From Botryllus schlosseri (Eukaryota), in contig CM119372.1 in assembly GCA_051294905.1 (NCBI GenBank), positions 9,488,001-9,552,000 on the forward strand: DNA of 64,000 bases. Direction: 5' to 3'. Of the stretch, positions 22,401-36,400 are shown piece by piece; position 1 is the stretch's first letter; each line of letters starts with the position of its first letter. The notes below the pieces were generated by a model. It made no database searches. It was not told where the DNA came from and saw only the letters and a list, made by a program, of their open reading frames with translations. The position numbers were made by a program, and so were the translations under genes.

Positions 22401-25400
22401 CGATATTCTTCTGAATCCCATAATTCGACTTACCGAGGCAAGATCATCCTATTAACTTGTATCCTGTCGTGATTTTCAGAACACTGAAGCACATTAACCA
22501 AAATCTTTTGGTAATCATTAGAGCGAGTATAAATTCTATTGATTCAAGTCGAGTCGAGGGACAATTTTTCCGGTATTGTAATTATATGCTCCTCGGCCCT
22601 GATAGTAAATTTATCAACGAGAATATTAGTTTCATTTCTCTTTTCCATTGTGGTTGCCTCGAAACTTCGATACTTAAAATGTGACTTCTGTGAAGTAGTG
22701 AGCAACCCATATTTACATAGGCAAGGTCGAAAAAATGCCAAATCTTTTTCAATGTAATGTAGAACTGGCATTGTAGGCCTATTCCTTGTGCTCACGTAAA
22801 AGATATATATTTGAACCTTCTGAGTCGTTCATACTGAGTGATAATAGAATACTCGACTCGACTGGGAAGCCTAATGCTAAAGAGCAGCGGTGGGCAGACC
22901 CGCATCGTACGCGAGCCGCGTATCTAAAATCTTGGGTCATTTGCGCCCGCACAGTAATTTTCGTACGGTCTTTCCGCTTTTCTTGCGGCAACCATTGGTG
23001 TCGTGACTGCAGTGTTTACCCAACTGCGCCACTCGCTTCCCCTGTAAGTCTGTCTCCGTTGGATAACTCGTAGCAAAGTTTTGGTGTCTGGTTTCGTAAT
23101 GACATTTCAAGTTACTAGCTTTGTAATTAATGAACTAACCTTGGCAGATAAAGACAATGGCTTAACTCCATTATCACTGAATGCGAACTATTTCTCTCAT
23201 TCTGTTTTAACAGTTCTATTTTCCTGTTCATACCTTCTTTTCTTGCAATTTTCGCTCAGCGACATTTTCTTGGGCCAAACTCTGCGGTTACTGCTAGCCT
23301 TTACATGCAAAAGCGAGATCCGTAGTTGCCATATTCAACCCGTAAATGATTGTGACCTGCGCTACCGTGATTTATCATTATCAAGTTCATTGTTGAGCAC
23401 ATTGACTTATCATTGAACAATGAACATTGAATGAACATGCACCATAATTATAGTTGCGGGTGAACGACTGAACGTTTAATGTGAACTCGATTCAAGAGTT
23501 CAATAGCAAATTTCTAACCCTGTAGTCCCACCTTTCCCGAAATTTTACAAATGCTATACGTAAACCATAAGCAAAGGAAAGGACGTGGTTTATTTTTGTC
23601 CTTGATGTTTTTGCGGCATATACACCGACTCATGATACACATACACACGATCTGCGCATATGCATATCATGAGTGCATGATGTGCATATGCCGCTGGACA
23701 ATGAAGGTACACATATAGCCTTTTACGGCTTTGACGTCTTGTACCAATCCTCCATGATATGTGATATCCCATTAATGCATGAGCGCCAAGCAAGGAAAGA
23801 ACGCGAAAGAAACAACGCGAAAACAATACGCATGTTGTTGATACGCTATAGAATGCATCATTTTATAATCAGCCTAAACCTCTCCAGCAAATTGGCACAA
23901 CGCATGTGCTGTGCATTGTGCAATCATTAAAGAGCCGCAGTTTTCCCACCCTTGCTATAGAGCAGAGGTCTCAAACTCAAATGTGATCGCGGGCCAATTT
24001 TCCAGTTTTGACGACGCCGCGGGCCGCAGCATTTATAGGGGTACTCTATGTCTTTCCAAAGAGGCCTTATTTGGCGGGAATGAATTGTCCTATTGAAAGT
24101 GAGCCGATCCAGCAGGCTGACTGTAAACACATATCGTCAAATGTGATTTACTCTTGTATAAATTCAGGCCTGACACGAAAAGAATCATCACATTTATAAC
24201 TATTTGAATAGAATTGTTGTTGTACTTGATATATATGAATTATAAGCTATAGACACCATACGGGCGGAAAATGCATGATGTCATCATAAAAGCTATCGGG
24301 TTGTAATTTTGCAGCTACTATGAGTATTTTGAATTTTACGAATTAATAATAGAGACTGATCTGATATCAAAACATTTTTAGGTTGAGCATTGTAATTCCA
24401 ATCCAGGATTCGGGTATACTTCTGATAAGTAGGCCAAATATTTTCAAATATAGGAACAGAAACAAATATAAATATAATATAAATATATTAATGAATGTGT
24501 CCTAGTGATTGACATGTCGGGACGCAGAACGGGCCATTGTTGTTACATCGTTGGAGCGACCACTACGGTACTCGGTACTTGTAAGTGCCCCTAATAACAT
24601 GGTTTAGCGACCAAAGATGTAACTGACAGATTGCCAATGGTTGCCATATCCACTTGCTTAGTTCGCGAAATACCAAGCTGCGACCTTCTGATCTATTACT
24701 ATTCCCCTGATACGCAATTAGTTTGTTGCGTCCATGGTTCTAACAAATTCACGGCATTCCGAGTCACTCCGAGTGCACTCGAGTCATTTTCATTTTGCCA
24801 TCGAGTTAGCCCGAGTCTGAGTAATTCTAGGAAAGGTCGCGTCCAAGTCCAACTCACAAATTTCAGTCACGAATCGTCCAAGGGTCAGGTTTTGTCACCA
24901 TGAACTGGAAATGTGGCGAAATAGTGAATCTTCTACTGCATGGTAGCGTTAGCAATTGATGTGATAGTGAAGTTTGTTGAATAGTTTCAGTCTTTCGGGG
25001 CATTTTAAGATGTACTTTTGACTTTATAACCTGAAAAGATATATGTGACACTTATACATTGTCAAAGTATTAAAAATCTAAAATGTCGTCGCGGGCCGCA
25101 CAAAATGCTCTGGCGTGCCGCGTGTGTGAGACCTCTGCTATAGCGCATAAATTACTAACCTCCGTAGATTAGCAATCTATACTAATACACGATTCATAAT
25201 CTAAGCACTCACGTAGGCCTACTCGAGTTTTCCTAGCACTCGAATCCTAGTCCTGTATCAATTGTAATGATTCGAGTCGCGCAGTGATGTTCTATTTTTA
25301 CGAGTAACTAAAATATACGTCTTCTCGCCGAGAGTAATAAATAGTCAATATCTACCGTTTGAGCCTCGACATTTACGTTATCCGTATCTCAGAATCGTAA

Positions 25401-28400
25401 AGCATGTTAGGCAAGACTACAAATATTCATGATACGGACCACGGAGTAGTGACAGATACGCACAATGCGCTCAAAGCGCTACTATATAGTTATCTTCCAG
25501 AAGTACGAAATTAATTTGGACGACGTGCCACCGATATCATATTTTTCCTTTGGGGCCGCGAAGAAGATACATATCCGAATTTTTAAAGTGCAACTCGATT
25601 ACTCTACTTGAAAGCGAATCACCCAGTACTCGATTTTGCCCAGCATTATAAAATATGTACGGTGTTTGTTTGTTTTAGGGTATTCATGGTGTTTTTCGAC
25701 TACTATGGTCATTTACACCAGGCCGATATTCTTCTTATTTTCCGTAACTACCGACTTATAGCACGGCCCACCTCTAGGCTTTTGTAAGACACTGCTGACA
25801 CGGACGAGGTGGCGAGGAGGAGCCTAGGTAAACCTTCAACACATAGGTATCGAAATTCGGAAGTCGACCTCGGTCGGACTCGAACCCACACCCTTTGGTG
25901 TTGTAGCCGCGGATTGTACCACTGCGCTATCTCGCCACGGCATATATGTACGGTGTATATTTATTTTTTCTATGAAGAAGGGAAACGTTTCTTCGATGGT
26001 TTACATATGACATCAGAATCCTGGTCAACTCTCAAATTAGAATCTAAAACTGTTCGAACGTTCCCATCTACCCGGACCACGCTCATGTCTACCCCACTAT
26101 TCACCTTAACTCCCTCAAATTTCCATAACTGAACAAGTTCTTCACGAAAGTCCAAGCATAAAAGTAGTGACGTGTAGATTGTAGAATTTCACTGTGGTGT
26201 AGATTGTAGGCCGACTGGAGCATTTTAACTTACGATTACAATATATCAGATACTAGGGTCCTGTCCAGGGTATGCATTGAACTGCAGAGGATCCCGATGT
26301 ATAATAAAATAAATTAGTAATTATCAGTAGGGCGATTATTATTTTATGACCTAAAAAATTGAACTTAGAATTTTATGATTTATAATGACAAGGTATTAGG
26401 CTACCAGGTGTTAAATGTCAAATGAAAAGTTCATCGACAGTGCAACCGCTATACGACACCAACGAAATGCAGTTTGCAAAATAATTTGACTTCGTAAACA
26501 ATTTGGACAATTTTTTGATAGGATTTTGATTTTTTTTGCATTGTCAAAAAATAATAGCCCTAATAATTAGCAATTATATTTTTGACAGTGGAGGCCATTC
26601 CCTCTACCGCAAAAGGCGTGCCGTTACTGGGACAATACATTCTTTTCACCATGATTCTGGTGACCCTCTCAATCATCATAACGGTTTTTGTGCTCAATGT
26701 GCATTACCGTTCTCCATCGACTCATGCAATGCCCGACTGGGTTAAACGGGTACGTGTGGTTTTACGCTAATATTTGTTATAACCGGTCTGCACATTTCGT
26801 GATGAATAACTTCTAAGGAAATCGAATTCAGTGCGGCATCTTTCAGGAATCTAGTTCTGGTATTCGGACACGTATCTTATTGCCCGCAGGTTTTCATGGT
26901 CTACTTACCAAAAATAATATGGAGTTCTTCGATACGAAAAGTGGATCCATTCGAAGAGAGAAAGGAAGATGACGAGAAGAAAGAATTTTACTCGGATGTA
27001 TCGGGTAAAATGAGCAGTTTTGTTTTAGTTTGCAGCAACTTAGCATACATGTAAAATCATAGGCCTATACTTGTTAAGGACTGTATTCCAGAGGCGGTCA
27101 AAATAGTCAAGAAAGATGCTCAAGTAGAATTGGAAGTAACGTAGCTCGTAAAAGCCCATTTACATTTAATTTTCTGGAAAATAGGGGGAGTACTGCATTC
27201 TTTTTAAACTTCAGACAAAAGAACTCTAATTAATTAAAAGAACTCAAAGTGACCGTGTACCGTTATATAAAGAAATCCGAATAGAACTTTTACAAAGTTT
27301 GTTTGTTTGTGGTGTTTATGGTGTTTGTCGACTACAATGGTCATTTACGCCAGGCCTATATTCCTTATTTTTGATTTCATGCAGACTCGTAGCATGGACC
27401 ACTTCTAGACTTTTTGTAAGACACTGCTTACACACGGATGAGACGGCGGGAAGGAGCCTAGATTTTTACAAATTGAAAACTATGTTTCATGTCTTTGTCC
27501 AGGAAGCTTCTATGTTTGTCGACTAAAACAGGACGTAGCGTTCATAAGTCAAGATCCAGTTTTTTTCCAGATTAGGACACGCCATATGCTGCTATGATTA
27601 CAGCAAGATAGTTCCAAACGTTTTGCTGAGCCCTATCTACTGTGATGAAACATGTCATATTGACGATGATACGACGTGAAAGGAACCACGGAACCTGCTA
27701 CCTAAATGAGATTGACCGATACTTTTCTGAAGCATGCTCTTCATTGCATATCTATCAATAACGAAGCACGTCGAAAATTATGTACTTCACTTAACCTTGG
27801 TGAAAATTCTTCTTCTTGAAAACTGCCCCTAAATTTATTCGCTTCATTTTCTCTCTCCCTCATACACATTGAATGAATATAATATTTCTACTTGACAAAC
27901 TGCTCATAGCAAAAAGTAAGTAAGTAAAAAATAAAATATCACGAAGTAGAAGAAGCGAAACACTAGATTTACTAGTAAGTACTACAAGTAGAGGAAAAAT
28001 AGAAGTACTTCGTTACAGACCACCTCTATTGTATTCAAGCGGTGGACCTGATTTATACCTATTCGTTACAACGGACCGTTAATCAAGTAGATACACTGAT
28101 TTTCAAAATGACGATTCATTAAATATTCTCTCGTTAAACGGTTAATTGTTGCAAAATAGAGAGTGGCTTCAATCGCCGTATACTGTTAAAGTAGAGACTT
28201 GTGTGCCCGGTCGACGAGAATTGCCTGTCTCAGCACCATCATGACCACACGAAGAGTTGCATTTAAAACAAATGATGTTAAAAAATAATGTCTTTTTAAA
28301 CAAAAACAAAAATATTTTCAGACGTTGTATAATTACGCCATAATTGTGTATAAACTTTAAAAAAACTGGTAGTATGAGCCTATGGAGGATTTTTCATCTA

Positions 28401-30655
28401 ATAAAGTCGACCCTCGACATACACGATGTGGAGTGACTGGACCGTCGAAATCATCGACGGTTCGACATTTATAGCATGTACAGTGTACACATTGTACATA
28501 TAGATCGTTGACACGGAATGAGTGTTCTGATGATGATGACCGCAAAAATGCTACATAACGATGTAGTCTCGGTTGAAGATATTTTGGTCTGTATATGATA
28601 GTGATGATAGTGGTCGGAAGCCTTTTTCGTTGAAGGAGCCATATTTACCCTGTATTTTCGATTGTCACTGCCACTCCACTGTGATATCACAATTAGGGAT
28701 TTGTGATGTCACATCTAAAAAAAACGATGAAAAAATTATAACATGTTTTAAACACAGTTGTTTTAAATTGATTGTTGTTTTAAATGCAACCCTACCTACA
28801 CGAATTTAGCCGTTTGGTGCTAAGCGTACGCACTATGGATTTTGTCGTAATCTATTCAATTCTTTCCGAATCAAGACATCTCTGGAAGAGAGGAATGTTC
28901 TGATATACAGCTCATGCTGAACCCGGACATTAGAGACGCAGTCGAGGGCGTGCGACTTGTCGCTGAACATTTCAAAGATGAAGAGGAAAGCAACCGGGTA
29001 GGCAGTTACGCACGATATACGACTAAAACTATACCGATTCGTTTGACTATTTTCACTCAAGATGCTTTTATTGCGAGGGAAAATCACTGTACAATGATTG
29101 TGTGGTGTGGAGCAGAGGTGCTAGCTCTCGATGGGATCGTAGATTACATGAATAGGGTCTTGCGGAGTTGTTTTGATTTTGCAGTGAAATCGTTATGTAA
29201 CTTTCTTATTTAACAAATGTTTTTCATTATTAAGTATGCGTGCTTTCGGTAACTTTTAACCAGAGGTGGTCAAAGTAATCAAGAAAGTTACTCAAGTAGA
29301 AGTAGAAGTAGCGACGCAAAAATCTATTCAAGTACGAGTAGAAGTAGTCCTATTAAAAGCATTCTTAAACTACTGGAAATAGAAATAGAATTGAATGACT
29401 TCAAATCTACTCAAGTAATTAAGTAGTTGTGAAAACGATCCTGATTCGTTCGTATATAGACTGTCAGAAGCTGCAAATTGAGATATGCGTAAGATGGAGA
29501 GCTTGATTCATATTGATGCATCCCAGGAAGTATAAACTTTCGACAGCATAGGTATTCGTTCGCATCATGGGATAAAAATGATAGCATTGATATGGGAGTG
29601 CGATACTAATCATCTGTTTACTTGCACACATCGATTTAGAATAAATTATGTTATGGCGCCCCCCCCCCATATTATAAGGCCCGTAGTGTGGTCGAAGAGC
29701 AACACGGAGAAGTGGTGTCGGATACGGTGTTAACACTTTGCGCGATTAGTAAAATGGTAATAAAAAATATGACTGATCGTAAAAATGCAATTTGGTGTAG
29801 CTTTACTGGGAATTGAAAGAGAAATATCTATACTACTTCTAAAAAGCGGAAAATATATTTCATGTATTTTCTCCAGAAAGTTTCAACAGTGGTCTGCTAA
29901 AAACAGATGTGAAGTCAAGAAAAAATCAGAGCCCACTTTTCCAGATATAGGTCACGCCATGGGCTGCTAGATTACGATATGATAGGTATATGCTAGATTG
30001 CGAAATGGTAGTTTCAAACGCTAAGATGGGCCATATTTGCTGTGATGAAATATTTCATATGGGTGACAATGCGGTGTGAACGGAACCACGCAACCCGCTA
30101 CCTAAATTATATTCACCGATACGTTCGTGAAATCATATTAGTCTACTGTGTACGAAGCGCGACGAAAATTATGAGCTTTACTCTACTTTTATGAAAATTA
30201 AACGTTGATACTCCGTGAAAACAGCCCGAAATTCCTCAGGATATCTTTCTGATCGGAGTATTAAACTACTTCTTCTTGACAAACTGAAAATAGCGAAAAG
30301 TCAGTAAGTAGACCACAAAATATTTCGAAGTAGAAGTAGCGGGAAATTAGATGTACTTGAGTAAGTATACAAGTAGTGGAAAACTACCTGAGTACTTCAA
30401 TAAGTAGAAGTACTTCGTTACAGACCACCTCTGCTTTTCACCAATGTATATCTTTAGGAGCAAACCGAATGGAAATACGTCGCGATGGTTATGGATCATT
30501 TTCTTCTCTACATTTTCATCGTTGCCTGTCTACTTGGAACGATTTTCATATTTGCCCAACGACTTGTCGAGCTGAATTCCGAAGAATCGATTTTCAAGAG
30601 TAACGACGGCTCCTGCTTGTTAAATTGCGGCAAAGATAGTAGCACTGCAACTTGA
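19413..30655 (+). CDS. CHRNA1: Nicotinic acetylcholine receptor alpha subunit, muscle alpha1-like (~486 aa, 11 exons)
   Basis: Exons: 19413-19440, 19500-19663, 20322-20476, 20713-20821, 20903-21006, 21551-21660, 21966-22160, 26589-26749, 26890-27004, 28876-28997, 30458-30655. Signal peptide [22 protein letters not shown]; Cys-loop [15 protein letters not shown]; vicinal YDCC marks an alpha subunit; M2 [30 protein letters not shown] and [17 protein letters not shown] are alpha1-like. Confidence 0.93.
23963..25137. mobile_element. ~1.2-kb non-autonomous hAT element, copy 2 (nAChR intron)
   Basis: Same TIR family as 12974-14195; TSD CTATAGAG / CTATAGCG (7/8). Confidence 0.9.
25666..25943 (-). 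mobile_element. tRNA-derived SINE, full length
   Basis: Minus strand shows A box TAGCGCAGTGG, B box GGTTCGAGTCC and an (AAAC)n tail. A 13-bp TSD ATATGTACGGTGT flanks it (25653-25665, 25944-25956). Related partial copies lie at ~27297-27460 and ~43690-43868. Confidence 0.85.
27089..28028. mobile_element. CAGAGG(C/T)GGTC-TIR MITE with AAGTAG subterminal repeats, carrying a nested SINE 3' fragment
   Basis: Ends CAGAGGCGGTC / GACCACCTCTA; TSD CTGTATTC / TTGTATTC; SINE tail fragment at ~27297-27460. Confidence 0.8.
28253..28794. mobile_element. TAGGGTTGCATT-family MITE copy
   Basis: Interior similar to 36604-37055 and, in reverse orientation, 59349-59732; right end AATGCAACCCTA. Confidence 0.7.
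29261..30433. mobile_element. CAGAGGTGGTC-TIR MITE with AAGTAG repeats
   Basis: TIRs CAGAGGTGGTC / GACCACCTCTG; TSD CTTTTAAC / CTTTTCAC. It ends 24 nt upstream of the last nAChR exon. Confidence 0.85.
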
Positions 30656-31807
30656 CCGCGGCAGTACTCGATATGAGACATATTATCGACTTCATTTGAA
30701 AACAAGCAGCCATAGATCTCGTGAACTCGATATGGGATCGAAATAGTCGATTAGTCGTGATAAATATATTTGTGCGATGTGATATGTACACTGTACAACA
30801 CCATACGTCGGTTGCCATACGTCCGGTTTTTCCCGGACATGTCCGGACGTTCAGTGTTCAGACAGCGTCCGGAAGGAAATTCGAAAATATACATAAATGT
30901 CCGGAATTTTGAAGGCTTGAAGTAGGCTCATATTTCTTTCGTAAATCATCTTAAGCAATATTATTTTGGGGAAGATTTATGCTACAATAAATTTTTCGTC
31001 GCGCTGCGCGCGATTAAGTGTCCCATGTCTTGATTTTAATATATGGGGACCACCTGCACCCTCGCAAAACATGCAATCAAAAATAAAATTAAAATAATCA
31101 TCATTCACTGAAATAAGTCCAATTGTATTCGCTATGATAGGAGAACAGTATATTCAGAGATAGTCAGTCAGAGATAGTGGTTCCAAACCTGGGGGTCGTT
31201 TGGCTTTATTCTGTTGTTCACGAAGATCTTGAACCTAAATAGCTTCCAAAATAGGCAGTAAGTAAGTATGGCAAGGGTGCCGACCTTTTTTTAGTAATCA
31301 GCGGAGGTGGTCAAAGTAGTCACCGTCGCTACTCAAGTAGAAGTAGAAGTAACGCCGGATTTTCTACTCAAGTGGAAGTAGGAGTGGTGGTTCACAAGTA
31401 AGTAAGTAAGTAGGTATTCTATACGCTTATTTTTGCCTACTAAACTGAAAACTGTCAAGTAGAAGTAGAAGTAGTCTAAAATCATAACTACTTAAAAAGT
31501 GGTGTGAGTAGGAAAAATCTACTTCAAGTACTTCAAAAAGTAGAAGTACTTCGTTGCTGATCAGCCTATCAAATTTTGAGCAGGGCCACGGAACACTTTC
31601 AAGTTGGAAGTGGAGTCGCGACCATAAAAGATTGGAAACCATCGGATGTGCAATCTGTTGGTGCAGACCGGCATTCAAGCTCATAAATAATCTTATCCGC
31701 GTGACATGAACATGACACAATTAACGATGTAGGTTACAATTATGCTCCCTGCATTTTCGAAGTCATCATATTTCGCCAGCTCTACCGCTAACTCTGATCA
31801 TGTAGAC

Positions 31808-32638
31808 CAGTTGTTCTCAACCGGGGGTCCGCGAAGCAATTAAATTTACACAATGATTGATAAGCAATTTTTATTTTATTTTTAGAATAGAGAAATTGCG
31901 AGACAGTTTCGCTTCATTACTGCTACAACTTCATGAATCACATCAACAGAATGACCATCTGCGATGAAATATCCTATTGTGCAAATACATTTTAATTGCC
32001 AAATTGCCAATAGCCAACTTTACAAACATGCTGCTGTTAGAGATGTGTTGTTGGGGTCTGTGGATAAAATAAAAAAGTAGGATAAGTAAGGTCTATCAGC
32101 GTCACTTCAAATGTTTGCCAAAATCCATTTTTCCTGTGATATACATAACCACTATTCCAGAACCACTTCGAGATGAGCTGGCTACATAAAAATGATTATG
32201 ATGGACGTTATACGTCCAATAAAAAAGCGGTGGCTCAATTTTTGCGACATATATGTTGCGATCATACCCAAAGGGGTCGTCGGAAGCATTGCCCGTTATT
32301 ATACAATTCGCACCCACCTATCTTTGTGGGAATAAATCTTCGGCACTTGTTCATATCAAATCGAAGGCGCGGATTTTCAAGACACTACCACGTATTTCAA
32401 GAAATGCAGCTGCAGATTTCGCTACCACCTAGTTACCCGATTCCCACATAAACAGTGTGATGTTATTTTGGAGAATATTCATTTTGTTGCTGTTTGTCAC
32501 TAGCCTACAGTATATTCGAAAAACGCAGATGACGGTTGCACGATAATTGAGCTAAATTTGAACGAAAACTTAGGGGTCATCGGGGGTCCTCGACGGTCCA
32601 AAAGGGATCCGCGAAGACAAAAAGGTTGAGAACCACTG
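31808..32638. mobile_element. Non-autonomous hAT (Buster/Charlie-type) element
   Basis: TIRs CAGTTGTTCTCAACC / GGTTGAGAACCACTG; TSD ATGTAGAC / ATGTAAAC. Confidence 0.8.
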
Positions 32639-33497
32639 ATGTAAACGCAGAGAGGATCAAAATTACATAGTGATATATGGAAGAACCAATATTATTGACA
32701 TAATTCATTCACAAAATTCAACCACCAGATGCATAAATAAACCGCCTATAGTAAGCCCCCCAGAAGTTGCAATGATTCGATTACCGCTATGGGTGGATAT
32801 ATACCAAAGCGCTAACGGGTAGGAATGGCGCAATGTCTCAAGTGCGTATTTCGAGCTCATTGATATACGGCATATCCCTTACTATATAAGACCTGATAAT
32901 GTACTTTCCGCCTTTTATATTATTTATTTCTCAATTGCAAGTGACATTTATAACACACTGATGTAGAACAGTTGCTTCTTATTGCAGCTGATAGATTTCT
33001 GCAATTGACTATTCACATTGCCACTACTTAATATCAACTGGAACCCATGGAATTTGTATAAAATGAAAAGCATATATATACTGCTGAAACTTTTCTACGG
33101 AATCAAGAATCCACGCAGTACAGCGACTTCAGTGCGGTTGCCAAGAAAAGTATTCATCTCTCCTGTGATCCACTTCAGAAATTGTATCGCAGTCCCGGAA
33201 CGTCTGCGATAAAAGGGAATTTGCCTTGGTATGGTGATGTCGCATGTCGTCCAAATAATTAGACAGTACAGTCTTTATATATTTTCCGGGTCCGCACACT
33301 CAATAGCCGCCGGCTGAATCCGACTCAATTCTGGTTAACAATATAAATCTGCATATGAGCTATCACATTACCGGCACACGCCGACCAAGTGACCCTTTCT
33401 GGTCGTTCGAGTGCGAAATTTGACGTCTTCGGTCGAATGCCGTTAGTTAAGGCTTTAATGGATTCATATGCGCATCCAGACTTTTCCAAAATATTCA

Positions 33498-36400
33498 TTA
33501 TAGTCGGCAATCGTTATTACACTTACGGCAACATCCGTTTGTTGATTGCGCAATCCAAGGCATAAACTTTATGATTGAGGTGAACAGAGCAGGCTGTAAA
33601 GATAGGTAAAGTTAAATAATGAAATGCAACAATCATAACATTACCAGGAATCCAAATGAGATACTGAGTAAATCCGTCATTAAAGGATCATATTACGGAC
33701 TAAACCCATCAACTTATTCACTTAAATCGCATAAGGCTACTGTACGTCGGTGTAAATCAATCGAATAACGTCACACCCTATGTACAGATGTGCAATTGCA
33801 CATGATGCCTGACGTGATCAAGGTTGTCACCGTTTCTACTCGAGTAGAAGTAGATACAACACCGTAAATTTCTACTCAATTACAAGTAGAAGAACAATTT
33901 CCAAAACATGACCAAACTACTGCGATTGGAAGTAGGATATGAAAGGGCTGGAAAGTTTTCAAGTAAGTAGTTTCAAGAAGTCGATTTGGTCAAAGGATCG
34001 CATACCGTTAGCAGTGAATTGAAGGGGGCTACATTTGAAATTGCAAGATGTATCAACGCGACTATAACGCAAAACGACTGATGATACTACAAGTAGGTAG
34101 GTAGAAACTTCGAAAACATATTCGGTTACGATGGCATAAACGCGATGTAAGTTTATCCCAACACTATTCTCTACTTTTCAAAATACAACCTGTAAAAAGT
34201 AAGAAGTTGTACTTGATAAGTGTTCAAGTGGAAATAAAAGTAGCCTAAAACCAAGGCACAACCTACTCGAGCACTCTGAAAAAGTAAGATACCGTATGGT
34301 ACGAAAAGTCTTACCTTGGAACCATCGCACTGATCAGAGCCAGCGAAGTTGATGCCAATCACGGTGAATACATTCAGGACGGCGTCGTAAGCAACCGCCG
34401 GGCTTCCCCCGTCTCCCTGAAACGAACGGCGTCAAAATTCAGTAAATCAATCGGCATCATCAGATAAAAAGCGAGCGCGATAAACAACGCTTACATAACA
34501 CGTATCTGAGGACTCGAAAGACTGAGCGCAGAAGACACCAGACTGCGGCAGGACCATTCCGGGATATATCGTGTTGCAGAACGAGTCCGATTTTACTGTG
34601 AAGGGCAGCTCTTTCAGGCTGGTGAAGTCGGCGACTCCGCTATAGCTGTTTTTGCCGTACCCGGTGAAGTAGAGCACCTTGCCGTCGGCGGGGCTCTCGG
34701 TTGCCAGAGGCGGCAGACAGACTGGGCTGTTCTGAAGAAGAAACGGTGATGTTGATAATTTGTTGATGTTTAAAAACCGATCCATTCACTGGTTATTGAT
34801 ACCGACCGCTGCAGTAAACGTGAGCGATCTGACTCGTAACAGAGCAATATCATTGTACGATTGCAGGGTTGTGTATCCCGGATGAACGATAATCTTTTCC
34901 ACCACTAAAAAGAAAATGACGATTGACTATAATACGCATCAGACCCATCCGGATTACAGTAAATTAGGTACTAAATCTGGACAATTCAACTCGGACGGAG
35001 GTGAATTATGATGACGTACGGGAATTGCAACGCGCGCGCAATGATACTGAATTGGCCACTGGCCTATGTCGAGAAAGTTATACATAATGACTATCTGAAA
35101 ATGTGTACGCCTCTACGCGATGGTTCTATAAACAAACTCACCAGCTTCAGGACCCGGAACCGCAGGATTAAGCGTGCCGACATAAACTTTAATAGTGGCG
35201 GGGTTGATGCTGCAAGAAGGCACAACATATATTCGTTTGATCACGCAACGGTGTATACTCTATTCTAGTCAACTTACTTTGGGACTCGCAAGTAACTATT
35301 TTTTAGGTCGTCTTTCCTTTGTAGGCACGATGCAGTGGTGAGAATCCATTGTCTGAAAAAGCCACGCTTAGATATATTACCCATGTAACCAATTTCGTAT
35401 CATTCATTCCACGGAGCAGTTTAGTAAGTATCCGGAAGCCGTAGTACTACTGGTTCAGCAGAGACTGACATCCCGCGTCTATTCACGACGCTAGAAAATA
35501 TCGGATTTATCTCAATGGTAACACAAAGCAAGGGCAATTTTTCAAATCAACAAAATCAGCCGAGAAAATTCGGAAATCACTGCTATGCGGGATTGCTGAT
35601 GTTTAAACCAGTGTTTAAGCTGACATTTTCAAGCGTGACTGATTGCAATTCTATCAGCAATGTTCAAAGTCATCGACTCATGCTGACTAGGCAACGGTAT
35701 GGTATAGTATCTAGTAGGGATGGTGTGAACCTCCGAAAGGTTCAGGTTCGTGTGAACGCGAACCTTTTCGAAAGGTTCTGTGTGAACACGAACGTGAACT
35801 TCATGACGTCACGTGACGTCATATTGCTAATTCCAACCCTACATTAGCCTATCTATACCATACTATACCTAGCGACGACTTGGGCCACATAATGCCACAA
35901 TCCTGAAGTATAATCAATATCTTCCGTTACTTTGCCAACAATTTCGACGAGGACTTGCAAGGGAATATAAGCTTACGGTATAGGCCAGACCGGACAATGT
36001 ATTCTCAATCTGAGTATTGCTACGTTGATATTGAGCAGAGTGTTAAACCGATACCGATATTATTACATTAACAAGTTAATCAGAAGTAGCCGACACCCCC
36101 ATCGCACAGATTTGGTTTTTATGATACAATAACATATGAAATCAAGATTGACCCCCCGTACGCCTGCTAGATTTTTTTACATCAGACAACGATGGCAATT
36201 TCTTTGATTGGTGCAGTAAGAATTATTCGCTGACTACCTACATGTAGTGTATTTCGCTCTTGATGTTGTGTGAATGCGGGTCAAGCTCACAACGAAATAT
36301 TCACAAACGGAAAGCTGGATATTTCGAGCAAATTTTTGAGATTGGCAAGGTGCATTCCCGTTTGATGTGGATTTTTTAATCCTTCCAGCGCCGTGCATAG

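Noticed and set aside
25860..25943. tRNA gene
   Set aside because: A and B boxes are present, but they are followed by a repeat body, an (AAAC)n tail and a 13-bp TSD, so this is a SINE head.
28357..28809. ORFs in the nAChR intron as extra cytoplasmic-loop exons
   Set aside because: They lie inside a MITE, and exon 27004 joins 28876 in phase to give the alpha1-like DVSDISG.
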